A stretch of 63,818 bases of DNA, from NCBI GenBank assembly GCA_964581035.1, contig CAZOLO010000004.1, positions 1 to 63,818 of the forward strand, given 5' to 3'. Shown here one piece after another: positions 36,032-44,686 of the stretch. Source of the stretch: an uncultured Candidatus Saccharibacteria bacterium. Lineage in GTDB: Bacteria > Patescibacteriota > Minisyncoccia > Phycocordibacterales > CSBR16-119. The notes below the pieces were generated by a model. That model was given only the letters and a program-made list of their open reading frames with translations, was not told the DNA's origin and did no database searches. Positions within the stretch are counted from its first letter, which is position 1; each line of letters opens with the position of its first letter. The translations under genes and the position numbers were made by a program.

Positions 36032-37435
36032 ATGAAGAGATTTATATTTATCATGTTTTTTGTGATACCGGCAACATCTTTTGCTTCTATCTCTATAAAT
36101 GAAGTAATGTATGACTTGGAGGGAACAGATTCAGATAGAGAATGGATAGAGTTAATGAATGCGGGAGCAGAATCTGTCAATTTGTCTAACTGGAAATTCT
36201 TTGAAAATAACTCCAATCATGGGCTATCTTTATATAGCGGAAATGAATCTATTGGTCCGGGAGAATTTGCAGTGATTGCCGACTCTCCAGAAACCTTTTT
36301 ATCTGATTGGCCAAGCTTCTCAGGGAATATGTTTGATAGTTCATGGTCTTCATTTTCTAATACGGGAGAGACTTTTTCAATCAAAAATGAGGACGGAGAC
36401 ATTGTGGATGAGTTTACATATACCCCTGAAGACGGGGCAAATGGTGACGGGAAATCACTTCAGTTAATAGAGGGTTCATTCTTGCCAGCTAGCCCAACTC
36501 CAGGTAGCGCTAACCAGATATCAGGTGAAGTTTTAGAATCTCTAGAAGAGGTTCAGATACCTGAAAATAGTTCATCTGAAAGCCCTGAAAAAAATATTAT
36601 AAAACAGAGCACCTTTGGAATACCACAGCGAGCTGTTGTCGGAGAGAGAATAGACTTTGAGCCTGAGATCTATGATGATAAAGGAGAACTTATTTTTAAA
36701 GCTAATTTGAATTGGAGTCTTGGAGATGGTGCGAGCAGGGAAGATGAATACAGAAAGAATTTTTCTCATACCTATAATTACCCCGGCACCTATGTAGTCT
36801 ACCTAGAGGTTTACACTACATCTCAAAGAAGAGAGCCGGAGCATGTTTATAGACAAACAATATCGGTTGTACCTGCTAGTGTCAGACTAACGCTTGTTGA
36901 TGGGGGTGTTGCTGTAAAAAATAAATCAGTATATGAATTAGATATAGGTGGTTGGAATTTTCTTTTTGATAAAAATAGTATATTCAGAATACCTCAGAAT
37001 ACAATTATTTTACCAGGTAAGGAGATTGTTTTCTCCGAGTCTATATTAAGTGAGAGTTCTATCGTGGAAGTATCTCTTATAAACGAAGTGGGTTCAGTGG
37101 TAGCTTCATTTGGTAAAAAGGTGGAATCACTTCCGGTTGTTAACGTAAAGCAAAAAGTCACACATATTCCAATTCCGATTACTACCACTCCAGCAGTAAA
37201 AATATCAAAAGATCAAGATAAAGATTCTGATCTAAAATTGGATGAAAGTCTGCAAGTTGCTAGTGCTAATAGAGCGTTACCTGATAATACTAAAAATAAT
37301 AACAGCTTATGGTTTTGGGTCTATGGAGTTTTAATAGCTGGAGTCATAGGCGGTGTAAGTTTTATCTATTTTAGAAATGAAGATGAATTCATAAATGAGG
37401 TAAATGATGTTGATGAGTATAGATTTGAAGAATAG
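36032..37435 (+). CDS. Secreted, C-terminally membrane-anchored protein with a lamin-tail domain (LTD) and a PKD-like domain
   Basis: Signal peptide. LTD motif ISINEVMYDLEGTDSDREWIELMNAGAESVNLSNWKF. PKD-like NWSLGDGAS...FSHTYNYPGTYVVYLEV. TM helix LWFWVYGVLIAGVIGGVSFIYF. The start is 1 nt after the upstream stop. Confidence 0.8.
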   Translation: MKRFIFIMFFVIPATSFASISINEVMYDLEGTDSDREWIELMNAGAESVNLSNWKFFENNSNHGLSLYSGNESIGPGEFAVIADSPETFLSDWPSFSGNMFDSSWSSFSNTGETFSIKNEDGDIVDEFTYTPEDGANGDGKSLQLIEGSFLPASPTPGSANQISGEVLESLEEVQIPENSSSESPEKNIIKQSTFGIPQRAVVGERIDFEPEIYDDKGELIFKANLNWSLGDGASREDEYRKNFSHTYNYPGTYVVYLEVYTTSQRREPEHVYRQTISVVPASVRLTLVDGGVAVKNKSVYELDIGGWNFLFDKNSIFRIPQNTIILPGKEIVFSESILSESSIVEVSLINEVGSVVASFGKKVESLPVVNVKQKVTHIPIPITTTPAVKISKDQDKDSDLKLDESLQVASANRALPDNTKNNNSLWFWVYGVLIAGVIGGVSFIYFRNEDEFINEVNDVDEYRFEE

Positions 37436-37462
37436 CTTACTGTATTCATCTGCAATAGAATT

Positions 37463-37490
37463 AAAAAAATCCCTTTAATGGGATTTTTTT
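37463..37490. terminator. Bidirectional terminator between convergent genes (AAAAAAATCCC-TTTAAT-GGGATTTTTTT)
   Basis: Palindromic hairpin flanked by A and T runs. Confidence 0.65.
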
Positions 37491-37500
37491 AATTTAAGGT

Positions 37501-38439
37501 TTAACTCTCTAGAATAGACTTAATCTCTCTTATTGTTTGGAAGAATTTTAAGGTATCTTTGTTCCCTAGATGTTTTTTTGCTATTTCCATTAGATTGTTA
37601 AGTTTTTCTTCTAAACGCTTATCTAGGGACCCACCCTCTGAAAGTCTATCAATTTCTTTATAAAGCTTCTTCAGTGCCTCTTCACCAAATTCTGTAGGTC
37701 GAAGTGTTGGGTTATCTAATCTTGTTGACTCAGGTTTAATTTCGTCTATTGTTATAGGTAAGTCTTTTATCTCTATAGATTTAGGTTCTTCGCCTTCAAG
37801 CTCTAACTCAACATCATTTCTAAAAGTGTTTACTTCAGATTCTACACCAAGGTCAGATATCGTAGGAAGTCCTGACTCAGCAACCATAATTTGAGCTGTT
37901 GCTAGTGTTGGGTTTTCAGTTGATGAGAATTCTACATTGTCAAAAGATAAATCCTCAGATAGAGCTATAATTTGACGGTCAATTCTGTCGTGTGACTCTT
38001 CTATTTTGTTTATAATAATTCTTGCCTCTTCTTCTCCAAGATCACCTCTTTGGTTTAGAAGCAAACTCTCGACAGATCGTCTCTCAACCCTTTTTTCCTC
38101 CCAAGCTATCTTAGCTTCTGGAGTGCTTTGAAATGAAGCCACTACTTCTTCTGTTATATTTGTTTTAATAGGATATAAAATATCTCCAGGAAGCGATCTC
38201 TCAGACGCAAAGGCTAGACCACCTCCTCCAGCAATAAATCCAACCATTACAAAAGCCATAGATCTTGCAAACATTGCAAATTTAAAGGTTGACCTTATGG
38301 GTTTTCCTGAGATTTGATTTTCTCGGATAGGGAAATGCTCCATGGTTTCTTGAATTCTTGACCGCATTAAAGACTTCTCAGATTCAGTCATCTGGATTTC
38401 TCTTGCCTCATTTTTTAGTTGTTCGAATTTATTATCCAT
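37501..38439 (-). CDS. Membrane-spanning anti-sigma factor-like protein (single TM helix, extracytoplasmic DUF5667-like region)
   Basis: 8-nt overlap with the upstream ECF sigma gene. TM helix FARSMAFVMVGFIAGGGGLAFA. LPGDILYPIKTNITEEV motif after the TM helix. Confidence 0.6.
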   Translation of the reverse strand: MDNKFEQLKNEAREIQMTESEKSLMRSRIQETMEHFPIRENQISGKPIRSTFKFAMFARSMAFVMVGFIAGGGGLAFASERSLPGDILYPIKTNITEEVVASFQSTPEAKIAWEEKRVERRSVESLLLNQRGDLGEEEARIIINKIEESHDRIDRQIIALSEDLSFDNVEFSSTENPTLATAQIMVAESGLPTISDLGVESEVNTFRNDVELELEGEEPKSIEIKDLPITIDEIKPESTRLDNPTLRPTEFGEEALKKLYKEIDRLSEGGSLDKRLEEKLNNLMEIAKKHLGNKDTLKFFQTIREIKSILES

Positions 38440-38953
38440 GTTGTTCTTTTAATTCTTCATTAAGCTTTTGAAGGCCTCTGTGTATTCGGACAGAAATATT
38501 GTTTTCCGTTGTCTTTAGCTTCTCTGCTATTTCCTTAACAGATAGGCCTTCTATGTAGCGCATTGTCATAACCTCTTTGTATGAATCCTTTAGAGTATCC
38601 AGGGCTTCCTTTGCTAAATTAGCCTCATAACCTGTCTCATGTCGCTCCATAGCATCCATATCATCATCATAATCAAATCCTTCGTCCAAAAGTGCATCTA
38701 GAGATGAGCTCTTCTTTTTCCTTCGCCAGTCTATGATTAGATTTTTGGCTACTCGATATAAGAATGCTCTTATGTTCTCAACCTCTTTACCATCTGCTAT
38801 ATATTTCCAGGTTTTGGTAAAGGTATCCTGAGATATATCTAGAGCCACTTCTCGATTTGAGGTTTGATATGAGCAGTATCGGAAAATATCATCAGAGTAT
38901 GATTCATACGCTGCCATAAATTCCTGTTCAATTTTTTCTTTATTTACTTTCAT
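38432..38953 (-). CDS. ECF-type sigma-70 family sigma factor
   Basis: Region 2 FRYCSYQTSNREVALDISQDTFTKTWKY...FLYRVAKNLIIDWRRKK. Region 4 YKEVMTMRYIEGLSVKEIAEKLKTTENNISVRIHRGLQKL. Confidence 0.85.
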   Translation of the reverse strand: MKVNKEKIEQEFMAAYESYSDDIFRYCSYQTSNREVALDISQDTFTKTWKYIADGKEVENIRAFLYRVAKNLIIDWRRKKKSSSLDALLDEGFDYDDDMDAMERHETGYEANLAKEALDTLKDSYKEVMTMRYIEGLSVKEIAEKLKTTENNISVRIHRGLQKLNEELKEQHG

Positions 38954-39076
38954 TATCTAAGACGGCCTAGGGCCATAAATATTACACTTATTATATCAGA
39001 TCTTTTTTGTATTTACCCTATGTAAATAATTATAGCCTCTCAGAAAGAGAGGCTATATAAAGTACGTTTTTTGGGG

Positions 39077-39181
39077 TTATTCACCAAAGATCTTTTTGAG
39101 ACCTACTTCAGTGTATCCACTGAACATTGCTATTGCTGCTGTTGCTAAAATAACTGTACCTGGGTTGAATAATGCTTCCAT
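39077..39181 (-). CDS. Possible unannotated small hydrophobic protein (34 aa, MEALFNPGTVILATAAIAMFSGYTEVGLKKIFGE)
   Basis: ATG-to-TAA ORF below the track threshold. It fills an otherwise empty 360-nt gap and has its own downstream hairpin (39032-39060). Confidence 0.3.
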   Translation of the reverse strand: MEALFNPGTVILATAAIAMFSGYTEVGLKKIFGE

Positions 39182-39292
39182 TTTTTCTATGTTTTTAAGT
39201 TATTGTTCGGTTCGCCATATATAACGCATTAGATCAAAAAATCTTACAGTTTTTTAAATGTCCTATAAATAAAGGGTTTTTTGGAATGTTTA

Positions 39293-39318
39293 ATAAAAAT
39301 AAGCCCCAAAGGGCTTAT
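39293..39318 (-). terminator. Terminator overlapping the stop of the lipoprotein gene (ATAAGCCC-TTTG-GGGCTTAT then TTTTT on the minus strand)
   Basis: Hairpin plus T-run read on the minus strand. Confidence 0.65.
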
Positions 39319-39797
39319 CTAATGGTTCTTAGTGAAATCTCGGTAGACCACTTTGGCCCCCAAGTCTTCGATCTGTTTGTTGATTCTGGAGGGAATTCCC
39401 ACCTTCGCACAACGGCTGTAAGTTTTTTTGCGCTTGGATGAATATCATCCATCATTACATACCAAACCAGCTGATACTTTGTTGAGTCACACATTGTCTT
39501 TTGGGATACGCTATCCGGGCAAACAAGTTGGACATACTTAAAGTATTCTAGGGGTAAGGATTCATTTATAATACCTCTCCCCATATCATCCCAAGTTTCT
39601 ATAGCATAATCTCCATACCTAGAGCTTGTGTCTGGGTTTTTGATTGAAATAGCCAAGATTTTATCCTGATTATCAGGCAATGTCACATAGACTAGAGATT
39701 TTGAATTTTCAAGCAATTGCTCGCTTGATAACATTCTGTTGAATACGCAAGAGGACAATAGTAAGCTGATGGTGGAAAGCAAAAATATTTTCTTCAT
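39315..39797 (-). CDS. Hypothetical lipoprotein (160 aa)
   Basis: Signal peptide with lipobox LLLSSC. Confidence 0.7.
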   Translation of the reverse strand: MKKIFLLSTISLLLSSCVFNRMLSSEQLLENSKSLVYVTLPDNQDKILAISIKNPDTSSRYGDYAIETWDDMGRGIINESLPLEYFKYVQLVCPDSVSQKTMCDSTKYQLVWYVMMDDIHPSAKKLTAVVRRWEFPPESTNRSKTWGPKWSTEISLRTIR

Positions 39798-39894
39798 TTT
39801 TTATTTATGGTTTAGATTAGAACTATTTAGGTGAAAGATTACTCATATTTATGCTTTTGTCAAATTTAGGCCAATCTGGTATGCTGTAGGAGTT

Positions 39895-40131
39895 ATGTTA
39901 AAAAAATTCTTAATAAAAAAAATGATGAAGTCTCAGCTTAAAAAAGCCAACATCCCACAAGCTCAACAGGATATGCTTATTGAGGCTGTATCAGAGAATC
40001 CAGACTTTTTCCAAGAGATGGCAAAGGAGGCTCAGAAGATCCAAAAGGAAAAGGGGATAGACCAAATGTCTGCAATGATGCAGGTTATGGAGAAAAATAA
40101 ATCTAAGCTTCAAGGAATGTTTAAAAAATAG
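39895..40131 (+). CDS. Small hypothetical protein (78 aa, Lys/Gln/Met-rich helical)
   Basis: AGGAG Shine-Dalgarno sequence 4 nt upstream of the ATG. The stop is 1 nt before the ychF start. Confidence 0.55.
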   Translation: MLKKFLIKKMMKSQLKKANIPQAQQDMLIEAVSENPDFFQEMAKEAQKIQKEKGIDQMSAMMQVMEKNKSKLQGMFKK

Positions 40132-40132
40132 T

Positions 40133-41248
40133 ATGGCATTATCTATCGGAATTGTAGGACTCCCAAATGTAGGGAAGTCAACACTATTCAACGCTCTAAC
40201 AAAAAAGAGTGTTGACGCACAAAACTATCCTTTTTGTACAATTGACCCATCAGTTGGGGTTGTTCCTGTTCCTGATGAGAGGCTTCAGAAGCTCGCAGAA
40301 TTTTCTGGATCAAAGAAAATTCTTCCAGCAGTTATAGAATTTGTAGATATTGCGGGTCTTGTGGAGGGAGCTTCAAAAGGTGAAGGTCTTGGAAACAAGT
40401 TTCTTTCAAATATTCGTGAGACTGATGCAATTCTGGAAATGATTCGTATTTTCCCTATTGTTGGAGGTGGAACAGAGATCACTCATGTGTATGGTGATAT
40501 TGATCCTCTTCGAGATATAAAGGTAATTAATATGGAGTTGATTCTTGCAGACTTAGATAGTGTGGACAAGAGAATTGAAAAGTTAAATAGGGATGTAAAA
40601 CAACATAAAAAAGAGGCTATAGCTGAAACAGCACTTCTTCAGAAGTATAAGGCAGCACTAGAAGAAGAAAAGATGGCAAACACAGTAGAACTTTCAAAAG
40701 AAGAATCAGAAATAGCCAAGCACTTTCAGCTACTAACTCAGAAGAAATTTATATACGGATTAAACAGGAGAAGTGGGGCAGTGAATATGGATGAGTCACA
40801 CCCAGAAGAATTTAAAAAAGTTTTAGATCATATCGCTGAGATGGGTGCTGGGTACGTGGTGATAGACGCAAAAACAGAGGAAGAGCTAAAGGATCTAGAC
40901 AAGGAAGAGAAAGAAGAGATCAAGCGAGACTTTGGAGAAAGTCATACTGAGGATGGACTAGACAAGCTTATTCAAGAAGCTTATAAGCTCCTTGGTCTTA
41001 TGACTTACTTTACCACTGGGCCACAGGAGACTCATGGATGGACAGTCCCAGTTGGATCAACTGGTCCAAGAGCTGGACGAGCAATTCACACAGACTTTGA
41101 GGCGAAGTATATAAGAGCTCAAGTAATAGAATGGGACAAACTTCTTGCAGCTGGAACATTTGGAAAAGCACGAGAGGCTGGAACCCTCCGAACAGAAGGA
41201 AAAGAATATATCGTGCAAGACGGAGATGTCATAGAGTTTCTTGTGTAG
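40133..41248 (+). CDS. ychF: Ribosome-binding ATPase YchF
   Basis: IGIVGLPNVGKSTLFNALT, FCTIDP, DIAGLVEGASKGEGLGNKFL. C-terminal TGS-like EGKEYIVQDGDVIEF. Confidence 0.95.
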   Translation: MALSIGIVGLPNVGKSTLFNALTKKSVDAQNYPFCTIDPSVGVVPVPDERLQKLAEFSGSKKILPAVIEFVDIAGLVEGASKGEGLGNKFLSNIRETDAILEMIRIFPIVGGGTEITHVYGDIDPLRDIKVINMELILADLDSVDKRIEKLNRDVKQHKKEAIAETALLQKYKAALEEEKMANTVELSKEESEIAKHFQLLTQKKFIYGLNRRSGAVNMDESHPEEFKKVLDHIAEMGAGYVVIDAKTEEELKDLDKEEKEEIKRDFGESHTEDGLDKLIQEAYKLLGLMTYFTTGPQETHGWTVPVGSTGPRAGRAIHTDFEAKYIRAQVIEWDKLLAAGTFGKAREAGTLRTEGKEYIVQDGDVIEFLV

Positions 41249-41300
41249 AGGGATATGGAATAAATTGCGTAAAAGAAAAGTCCTGGAGGGCTTTTTCCAT

Positions 41301-41328
41301 TTGACATAAATAAAAAGTGTGATAATAT
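41301..41328 (+). promoter_or_regulatory. Candidate promoter (TTGACA, 16-nt spacer, TAATAT)
   Basis: Consensus -35 and a good -10, 25 nt upstream of the ATG at 41354. Confidence 0.45.
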
Positions 41329-41353
41329 GCATTTAAACTAAAAACTTAGAACG

Positions 41354-41779
41354 ATGATTAAAATTACGTTAGTTTCAAATCTTGGGGATAGTAACATGTT
41401 CAATGAAGAGTATGTATTTGAAACCGTTAAGAAGGCTGTTGATTTGATTAATTCTACAAGAAATGAAGTTCTTGTTGATATCTCAATAGACTACAGGGAT
41501 TCTTTTAAAAGAGCATTATCCGCCCAGATAGGAACAGGAGGAGCGGGAGGCTTGTACCCTGACAGGATTCTGTCAGAAACGAAATATGACCCAATAAAAT
41601 TGGCAAACTCTGGCTATATAAGTGCTGTTGTTGCTGTTATTTTAGAGTATGGTCTTAGAAATAAGATCAAGCACTTAACTGATCATTCTGGTGACTATGG
41701 TTTTGGTCAATATGCCCGGGTTCGTACTAAGGAAAATAGCCTTAAAAATATTAGCGTTAATTTCTTTATAGAAGATTAG
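41354..41779 (+). CDS. Hypothetical protein (141 aa)
   Basis: ORF with an upstream promoter-like element; no recognisable motif. Confidence 0.6.
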   Translation: MIKITLVSNLGDSNMFNEEYVFETVKKAVDLINSTRNEVLVDISIDYRDSFKRALSAQIGTGGAGGLYPDRILSETKYDPIKLANSGYISAVVAVILEYGLRNKIKHLTDHSGDYGFGQYARVRTKENSLKNISVNFFIED

Positions 41780-41847
41780 GACTTAAAAGTCTTGCGCAAT
41801 GTGTGTAGGGCTTTTTTTATTGGCTCTCCTGCGGTAGAATTGACTCT

Positions 41848-44673
41848 ATGAGTGAATATAACCCAAAAGATATCGAGAAAAAATGGCAAGAGTCTTGGGA
41901 AAAAGACGGCTTAAATAAGGTTGAAAACAAGGTAGAGGGAAAGGAAAACTACTATAACCTTGTTGAATTTTCATATCCATCGGGGAATCTTCATGTGGGT
42001 CACTGGTACGCATTTGCCGTTCCAGATATTTTTTCTAGATATAAAAGAATGAATGGGTTCAATGTTCTATATCCTATGGGATTTGATGCCTTTGGTTTGC
42101 CAGCAGAGAACGCAGCAATAAAGCTTGGGGCAGACCCAAAGACCTGGACTTACAAACAAATGGATGTAATGCGAGATCAGCTCCGAAGTATGGGAGCTAG
42201 CTTTGATTGGGATAGAGAGGTTGTTTCTTGTGATTCAGAATATTACAAATGGACACAATGGATGTTTAATCAGTTTTTGAAAAATGATTTAGTTTATCGT
42301 GATACAACATTTGTGAACTGGTGTCCAAAAGATCAGACAGTTCTTGCAAATGAGCAGGTTGTAGATGGTTGCTGTGAGAGATGTGGTTCTCAAGTAGAAC
42401 AAAAAAACCAAAAGCAATGGATGATTCGAATTACAAAATACGCCGACAGACTTATTGATGATCTAGACGCGCTTGATTGGCCCAATCAGATCAAGGCTTC
42501 ACAGAAGGCTTGGATAGGAAGAAGTGAGGGGTCTGAGATTACTTTTGAATTAAGTACAGGAGATAAAATGCCAGTATTTACTACTCGAGCAGACACACTT
42601 TTTGGTGTGACATACGTTGTACTAGCACCAGAACATGAGTTAGTTCAATCAATGAAAGACAAGATCGAAAATTGGGACGATGTTGAAAGTTATATTAAAG
42701 ATACTCAAAAAAAGTCAGAACTTGACCGACAACAATCAAAAGAAAAAACGGGGGTTGAGTTAAAAGGAATAAAAGCTACAAACCCTGCAAATGGAGAACA
42801 GGTTCCTGTTTGGATTTCAGACTATGTCCTTGCTGGGTATGGAACCGGAGCTGTGATGGCAGTGCCAGCTCATGATGAGAGAGATTTTGAGTTTGCACAG
42901 AAGTTTGGGTTGGAAATTAAGAACGTTGTAGAGCCAATTACAGTTAGCACTCATGGAGACAGTGCTATTATCCCAGGAGAACCTTTTATCCATAGAGATA
43001 ATGTGGCTATTGTTTTAAAAAACCCAAACACTGGGAAGTACTTATGTACAAACTGGAGAGATCACCACATGCATGGTGTTGTTACTGGCGGAATAGATGA
43101 GGGTGAGGATATTATTGAGTGTGCGATAAGAGAAGTTAAAGAAGAAACAGGATATAGAAATGTAAAATTTTCACACAACCCAAACTTTGCGGTTCAGGCT
43201 AAGTTTTTCCATAGACTAAAAAAGCTAAATAGATGGGCAAGATACCAGATAATTTGCCTTGAGTTAGAGAATGAGGAACGCGGTGAAATCGAAGAACATG
43301 AAGATGTTCATGAATTGGTTTGGATGGAACCTAAAGAAATGGAGGGTTACGCAACTGTTGCTGAAGCTGTGTATGCTGCGAAAATTGCCGCTAATCCAGA
43401 GTATGTTTTTACAGAACATGGTGTTCTTATAAACTCAGGGGAATTTGATGGAATGTTAACAGAAGAAGCTCGGACAAAAATCACCGAAAAGGTTGGGGGA
43501 GAATTGAAGAAAACATATCGACTCCGAGATTGGGGTATTTCTCGTCAGAGATATTGGGGATGTCCTATTCCAATTGTTTACGATCCAGAAGGAAAAGCTC
43601 ACCCTGTGCCAGATGAGCACTTACCATGGACACTTCCAGAAGATGTAGATCATACACCGGACGGAACAGCTCCACTTGCAAGAAGTGAAGACTTAAAGAA
43701 AAGGACAATTGAAATATTTGGAGAAGGGTGGACTCCAGAAGTGGAAACTATGGATACTTTTGTTGATTCTACGTGGTACTTCTATAGGTATTTAGATAAT
43801 AAAAATAATAAAGAATTTTCTGCAAAAGAAATGATGGATTCTTGGATGCCTATTGATTTATATATGGGTGGGGCCGAGCACACAACTATGCATGTACTGT
43901 ATTCTCGATTCTGGACAAAAGCACTTTTCGATCTAGGGCTTGTAAAGGATGAGGAGGCTTTCAAGATTCGCCTAAATAGAGGTCTAATTCTTGGTCCGGA
44001 CGGAAATAAGATGTCTAAATCAAAAGGAAATGTTATCAACCCAGATGAAATAGTAGAAAGACTTGGCGCGGATACTGTTAGGCTATATCTATGCTTCATG
44101 GGGCCATATGGTGTAACTGTAAACTACCCTTGGGATCCAAATGGAGTTGTGGGAGTTCGAAGATTCCTTGAGCGTGTATGGAGGGTAAAAGATATAGTTG
44201 GTGTAGGTAATCAAGAAGACGAAACTCTTCTTCATCAAACAATAGAAGGTGTAACAAAAGATATTGAAAACTTCAAATTCAATACAGCTATTTCAAAGAT
44301 GATGATTCTTGTAAATGCTTGGGAGAAAAGCAAGACTGTTTCAAAAGAAGGTTATAAGGATCTTCTTAAACTTCTGGCGCCATTTGCGCCACATATGACA
44401 GAGGAAATCTGGCGATCAGAATTGGATGAGAAAGAATCAATTCACACATCAAGTTGGCCAAATTTTGATCCAGAAAAAATAAAGATTGATGCCGTGGAGT
44501 TGGTTATTCAGATAAATGGAAAAGTTCGGGCTAAAATATCAGGTAGCATCGGAATGTCAGAAGAAGAGGTTATGGATATAGTAAGGTCAGATGAGTCTAT
44601 TAATAAATGGTTAACAGGGGATCCAAAGAAGGTAATCCACATCAAGGATAAGCTACTAAATATAGTAGTCTGA
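41848..44673 (+). CDS. leuS: Leucine-tRNA ligase carrying an inserted Nudix domain
   Basis: HIGH-type NLHVGH; KMSKS as KMSKSKGN. Editing-domain motifs TTRADTLFGVTYVVLAPEH and AVPAHDERDFEFAQKFGL. YRLRDWGISRQRYWGCPIP. Confidence 0.95.
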   Translation: MSEYNPKDIEKKWQESWEKDGLNKVENKVEGKENYYNLVEFSYPSGNLHVGHWYAFAVPDIFSRYKRMNGFNVLYPMGFDAFGLPAENAAIKLGADPKTWTYKQMDVMRDQLRSMGASFDWDREVVSCDSEYYKWTQWMFNQFLKNDLVYRDTTFVNWCPKDQTVLANEQVVDGCCERCGSQVEQKNQKQWMIRITKYADRLIDDLDALDWPNQIKASQKAWIGRSEGSEITFELSTGDKMPVFTTRADTLFGVTYVVLAPEHELVQSMKDKIENWDDVESYIKDTQKKSELDRQQSKEKTGVELKGIKATNPANGEQVPVWISDYVLAGYGTGAVMAVPAHDERDFEFAQKFGLEIKNVVEPITVSTHGDSAIIPGEPFIHRDNVAIVLKNPNTGKYLCTNWRDHHMHGVVTGGIDEGEDIIECAIREVKEETGYRNVKFSHNPNFAVQAKFFHRLKKLNRWARYQIICLELENEERGEIEEHEDVHELVWMEPKEMEGYATVAEAVYAAKIAANPEYVFTEHGVLINSGEFDGMLTEEARTKITEKVGGELKKTYRLRDWGISRQRYWGCPIPIVYDPEGKAHPVPDEHLPWTLPEDVDHTPDGTAPLARSEDLKKRTIEIFGEGWTPEVETMDTFVDSTWYFYRYLDNKNNKEFSAKEMMDSWMPIDLYMGGAEHTTMHVLYSRFWTKALFDLGLVKDEEAFKIRLNRGLILGPDGNKMSKSKGNVINPDEIVERLGADTVRLYLCFMGPYGVTVNYPWDPNGVVGVRRFLERVWRVKDIVGVGNQEDETLLHQTIEGVTKDIENFKFNTAISKMMILVNAWEKSKTVSKEGYKDLLKLLAPFAPHMTEEIWRSELDEKESIHTSSWPNFDPEKIKIDAVELVIQINGKVRAKISGSIGMSEEEVMDIVRSDESINKWLTGDPKKVIHIKDKLLNIVV
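42931..43410 (+). other. Nudix hydrolase domain (~155 aa) embedded in LeuRS between the editing domain and the GVLINSGEFDG segment
   Basis: Complete Nudix box GGIDEGEDIIECAIREVKEETGY (nt ~43087-43155), flanked by beta-strand-like segments (VAIVLKNPNTGKYL, YQIICLELE, LVWMEP). Confidence 0.8.
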
Positions 44674-44686
44674 TACAATCATTTTT

